Below, piece after piece: positions 58,901-64,000 of a DNA stretch of 64,000 nucleotides. The notes under the pieces are model-generated. The model was not told where the DNA came from, ran no database searches, and saw only the letters and a program-made list of their open reading frames with translations. The position numbers and the translations under genes are program-made. Position 1 is the first letter of the stretch. Every line of letters starts with the position of its first letter. Origin of the DNA: Schizochytrium sp. TIO01 (taxonomy: Eukaryota; Protista; Bigyra: Labyrinthulomycetes); the NCBI GenBank assembly GCA_004764695.1, contig SMSO01000036.1:2649489-2713488 (forward strand). Direction: 5' to 3'.

Positions 58901-59242
58901 TTGAGGTGTTGCTGAATGAATTATCGCAGGAACCAAGAAAGTAAAACTAAGAAAGGATTCGTATCTAATAATAAAGTAAATATGCTCCTCAAACTGGAAA
59001 ATAAAATTAAGAAAGCATATATATCATCAGTGAAATGTTAATGAATCATTACACTGTTCTAAATTATGTTTAGTTTATGTTAAGTTTTAGTACGTCCCCT
59101 CACCAAGAACCTTGCCAAAAAAAACATTATAAATTTTGATCCTGTTGGCAGACGTCGGTAATATCTGGAAGAGAGCAGTTGCTTTTTTGCATTCTAGTCA
59201 ACGGCGCTTAAGCAAAAGATAATCATTTAAAATTCGATTAGT

Positions 59243-62200
59243 TTATTCCAATCTAAAGTTTGCGCCAACGATATCTGGTGTTAGCAAAGGTGACAATAAC
59301 TCTCTCAGAACGAGTCGAAGATTTCTATCCTGAATTTGTGCATTCCAGTACTCACGCAGCCGTTCAGCGCGGAGCAACTGCCACGCCTCACGAACCTGCT
59401 GAAATGAATAAGGAAAAAATGGATCTTGCCCAAGCTTTTTCAAGCAAGTTCTCACATGATCATGACATGCATCTTCATCCTGAGAACTGTAGCCAAGACA
59501 CCAAGCGCAGAAGTGATGACCACAAGTCTCATTACCACACTCTACAGCACAGCAGCCGTCAAAATCGTGTACATATGCCTTACAGTTCGGACAACATGTG
59601 CTCAAGATCTTCTCTTGAATATGAAGTAAATGAAGCCGTGCGTCGCGATTCTGTTCATCAGCACGTAAAACTTGTGCTATACGCCTTTGGATCTCCTTCT
59701 CCGCCCAAGCTGCTGCTTCATTTTCTGCCTTCATCTTCGCAATCAACAATAGGTGATTCAAAGCAGTTGGTGCAAGACGGGTGATTTCTTGACCTGATAT
59801 TCTTCCACTACATTCAGGTTTCATGCATGCCATTGTTCCATCAGCATCCACTCTTACGTTAGCAAGTGGCCGTGCCGCCGCTTCTACAGAAGATTCGATA
59901 CAGTCTCGGCAAAGAAAGTCTCCCTCCTCGCAGCTCGTGCCCTCGGAAAGCAGACGCTCCTCCATGCATACTAGACATATCTTGACAGGGATCTTAGGAG
60001 CTCCAAAAGCTTCATGTTGGAGTGCTTGGCGAGCGGTTGGACGCTGGCCAGGGTCTGTTGCTGTAAGAGCATCGATAAGTTTCTGCATTGCAGCGGTTCG
60101 CTCAGTAGGATACAGCTCCTTTAAGCTGATGCCCACAGAGTACATGTCCATCGCTGTTTCAAACCTATCTACAGGCCCATTCTGCAACTCGGGGGCAACG
60201 TACCGTGGCGTTGCCTGAAGTGATGTGTAAGTTGCAGTGTAGTCCGCAACCTTGATGCCGTCAAAGTCGCCGATCAATGGTGTCCCGTTGCTTGTGAGGA
60301 AAATGTTTTCTGGTTTGATGTCACAATGCACAATGCCGTGGGTATGTAAATCCGCCACACCGATAAGCAGGCCCATAGCAAGTCGGTCGCGCGCTGCTTT
60401 GCCTTCGTTAGGGTGACTCTCAATCCACCTGGCAAGGTCACCTTGCTCGTAGAAAGGCATGACGATACAGCCACGCGGTTCTCCATTAGAGGTATCCACA
60501 AAAGCGCCAGTAATACGTATCACGTGCTGAGACACCACTTTGCCCATATTTGCAGCTTGCCTGTAAAATATTTTGTGTTGGCTCGAATGGCCGAGTTGAA
60601 ATTGTTTCAAAACCATAGTTTTACCAGCGTTGTCAAGAACCTTTTGTACTCTCTTGCCACCTCTGGAAGCAAGGGGCTCGCCAACAGGCTTGAAGTCCGA
60701 AACTGTGACATTCGTCAACCAAAGGTCAGAACATGCTACTTCAAAAACACCCTCTGCACTTACGTGAAGCCTTTCCAGCCAGGCGCTATCTTGCAGCAAC
60801 TCTGGATAATGTTCCTGCGCGTGTTGCAGAGTCTCAGCAAGCTTATGACGAAAAGCTTTGCTAAGGTCGATAGGGTTGCCTTGAGAGAGAATGAGCTCTT
60901 GTTTTTTCATTCTATTTCTAAAATATGTTCGCTCTTCCTCATCCAAGTCCTCTATTTCAAGTTCTTCTTTGGCTCTCTTCAAAATTTCTGTGGCTTTCCT
61001 CGACTTGTCAAGTTTCTGGAATAATGCTTCAACATCTGAGACAGAAGGTTCTTTCAAACCCAGTGCTGCAAAGTCATACAGATTAAAGAGATCTGTTGGT
61101 GTGCACTTGCTTGCATCATTCAACACTGTGCTTGCAGAGTATCCTTCAAATCGAGCGAATGTTGAACTTATCGCGCAAAGTATTTCCCACAATTGGGTAC
61201 GAAGTGTATCTCCTTGTAGATCTTCGATCTCTTGCTTGAGAGCACTCTCAAGTTCAGACAACTCTGGTTCTAGCTCCATGGCCTGCTCAGGTGTCCTCAG
61301 GGCAACCGATAATCCATCACCAAGTTCTAGCTCAGACAATCGAGAGATGACGCGCTTTACAGCTTGTTGGCTTCGTTCACCAATGTTGTTGTGTTGGCCT
61401 TCTCCACTCCTCTTGTACCCTTCCACGCATTGGACAGCCTGAATAACGAGTTCTTGGCAGTGTTTGAAGTCATCAGTGCTGGTTTCTTCATCGACGGGTG
61501 CAAGGTTGATCTTTAGATCGTTTACGAAACTTTCAAATCTCACTTTGAATTCTCGCACTGCACTCTCATCACTTTCGCAAAGGTTGGCGCGAACCCATGG
61601 GTACACAACCTGCAAAAGTGAATACAGGTGCCTCCGTTCGGTGTTCCGCTTTTCGATGAGGCTGGCAAAGCCATCAGCAGAGCTTGCACGAATCTGGCCT
61701 TGTAGCACGTCAAGACTCTCTTTGGAGTTCTTGATGTCAGCGAAAACCTGTCGCAACTTCACTTGGCCAAAGTAGCCCTGGATCGCCGGTCGAACGAATT
61801 CCTCAAGCAGGGCAATCCCAGTCAGCAGGGAATTTCCTCTGACCCCGCCTCGGTCCGCGCGCAAGTCCGAGACTTTCTTGGCAAGCTGCACCACATCAGC
61901 GAAACTCACGCTCGCTCCATCCGGCCGTTCTCTGAGGCGAACAAGAAGACGTAAGCAAACGAGCAAAATGATGTTAAGGCAGCAACAAAAGCAGACGCAA
62001 AAGTTAGGATACCCTCTATCTCAATAACACAATTCGTGGAATGAATCATTACACGATCCCAAACAAAGACTGACCGCATGAACTTACCCAGATCCATCCA
62101 AAGTAGCAAGCCCGGCGCCATCAATGCCGTCTTGTTCGTTCTTGGGCTCTGCAGAAGGCTCGCTTTCTGCAGCCTCTATGGAAGCAGAGGAATCGAGCTC

Positions 62201-63869
62201 TGACGAGAAATCTGCAATGTCCTCTCCAGGAGAACACACCCTTTCGAACAATTCTTTAGGAGTTCCAGAAAAATTGTCATAGCTGCATTTTGTAAATAAA
62301 TGAACGAAAGAAAGAGAATAAAAGCGCTTGTTAGAAAACCGATGCACGCAACTAAAGACGGCCTTCTCACAAGTCCATATGGAGACATGGAGAGAACCAG
62401 CGAAGGCAAGGCTCTGCACATGCTGGGAATAGCAGCAGAGGGAACGGAACTTACGAGATTATAACAGAAGGACATGCTTTGTGCAGAGACTTTGCGACGG
62501 CCTTTGCGCCCTCATCGCCAATGTTGTTATTGTCAAGACTGTGAGTATAAATGAATAAGTTTGTTTTGTTGATTCGTTGTCAGGAAAGACAGGTCCAGTC
62601 AGTTGATCCTGTTTTGTTTTGTTTTTCTTCACAATATAGCAATCAGCTCTTCTTCTTCTTCTGCTGCTGCTGCTGCTGCCTATCAAATTATATAGATTTC
62701 CTTTTGCCCTTCCTTCTTCTCTTTGTAAAAAAGAAAAGACTTCTTTGCCTTTCTAAAGTACCTAACTACGTAAACTACTTAGGTAGTGTACCAGCGGTAC
62801 TACAAACACCAAGCACTCAAAAGAAAGAAAGAAAAAGCTTGGTCCTGACTATTACGATAGCTTTCCCTCGTGGTTGATTCCACAAACGTACGACAAAGTT
62901 TGAAGGTTCTTGCATCCCTCGAGTGCCTTTGCGACGGCCTTTGCGCCCTCCGAGCCAATGTTGTTGCCCCCAAAAACCCCCACCAAGACTGTGAGTATAA
63001 ATGAATAAGTTTGTATTGTTCATTCGTTGTCAGGAGAACAGGTCCAGTCAGTTGATCCTGTTTTGTTTTGTTTTTCCTCACAATAAAGCAATCAGCTCTT
63101 CTTCTTCTTCTGCTGCTGCTGCTGCTGCGTATCAAATTATATAGATTTCCTTCTGCTCTTTGTAAAAAAGAAAAGACTTCTTTGCCTTTCTTTGCGTACC
63201 CAACTACGTAAACTACTTAGGTAGTGTACCAGCAGTACTACACACACCAAGCACTAAAAAGAAAGAAAGAAAAAGCTTGGTCCTGACTATTACGATAGCT
63301 TTCCCTCGTGGTTGATTCCACAAACGTACTACAATTGTTGAAGGTTCTTGCATCCCTCGAGTGCCTTTGCGACGGCCTTTGCGCCCTCATCGCCAATGTT
63401 GTTGTCCTGAAGACTGTGAGTATAAATGAATAAGTTTGTTTTGTTCATTCGTTGTCAGGAAAGACAGGTCCAGTCAGTTGATCCTGTTTTGTTTTGTTTT
63501 TCCTCACAATAAAAAGCAATCACCTCTTCTTCTTCTTCTTCTGCTGCTGCTGCTGCTGCCTATCAAATTATATAGATTTCCTTTTGCCCTTCCTTCTTCT
63601 CTTTGTAAAAAAGAAAAGACTTCTTTGCCTTTCTAAAGTACCTAACTACGTAAACTACTTAGGTAGTGTACCAGCGGTACTACAAACACCAAGCACTCAA
63701 AAGAAAGAAAGAAAAAGCTTGGTCCTGACTATTACGATAGCTTTCCCTCGTGGTTGATTCCACAAACGTACGACAAAGTTTGAAGGTTCTTGCATCCCTC
63801 GAGTGCCTTTGCGACGGCCTTTGCGCCCTCCGAGCCAATGTTGTTGCCCCCAAAAAACCCCCACCAAGA
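59243..63869 (-). CDS. Spliced LRR - helical - kinase - RING - Rcat protein, copy 2 (5' end outside the window; two LRR exons out of frame as assembled)
   Basis: Exons 59243..61931 (2689 nt, same length as copy 1), 62088..62282 (195 nt), 62455..62538 (84), 62892..62988 (97), 63330..63413 (84), 63772..63869 (98). Same splice sites and domain motifs as copy 1. Confidence 0.85.
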
Positions 63870-64000
63870 CTGTGAGTATAAATGAATAAGTTTGTATTGT
63901 TCATTCGTTGTCAGGAGAGACAGGTCCAGTCAGTTGATCCTGTTTTGTTTTGTTTTTCCTCACAATAAACAGCAATCAGCTCTTCTTCTTCTTCTTCTGC
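62455..64000 (-). repeat. ~430-450-bp intron/LRR-exon array of unit 2, with an 880-bp two-cassette duplication
   Basis: The exons at 62892 and 63772 and their flanking intron variants repeat at an 880-bp offset. Confidence 0.93.

Overview
Eukaryotic nuclear DNA. The 18S sequence looks like a thraustochytrid stramenopile (Aurantiochytrium/Schizochytrium-like); this is recognition from memory, not a search. The window holds about 1.9 copies of a ~33 kb unit (unit 1 ~1-33050, unit 2 ~33050-64000, truncated). Each unit has a + strand gene, a complete 18S-5.8S-28S rDNA cistron, tRNA genes, a 5S gene, a - strand gene and (seen in unit 1 only, because of truncation) a second 5S. The main result is that the ~385-bp and ~420-440-bp tandem repeats, which look like non-coding satellite and give only junk in the ORF track, are intron+exon cassettes. 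Each carries one 84-nt, phase-2/phase-2, AG/GT-bounded exon encoding one 28-residue RI-like leucine-rich repeat. Introns and LRR scaffold codons are nearly invariant, while the codons for the exposed beta-strand positions (x-L-x-x-N-x) differ in almost every cassette. The + array splices in frame into an LRR-only protein (441 and 463 aa, 11 and 12 LRR exons). The - array splices in frame onto an LRR-helical-kinase-RING-Rcat protein (1147 aa). The two genes lie head-to-head across a 5S gene. This suggests a cassette-shuffled, hypervariable intracellular LRR receptor system embedded in the rDNA repeat. Gene structure is read directly from sequence; expression and any immune role are inference.
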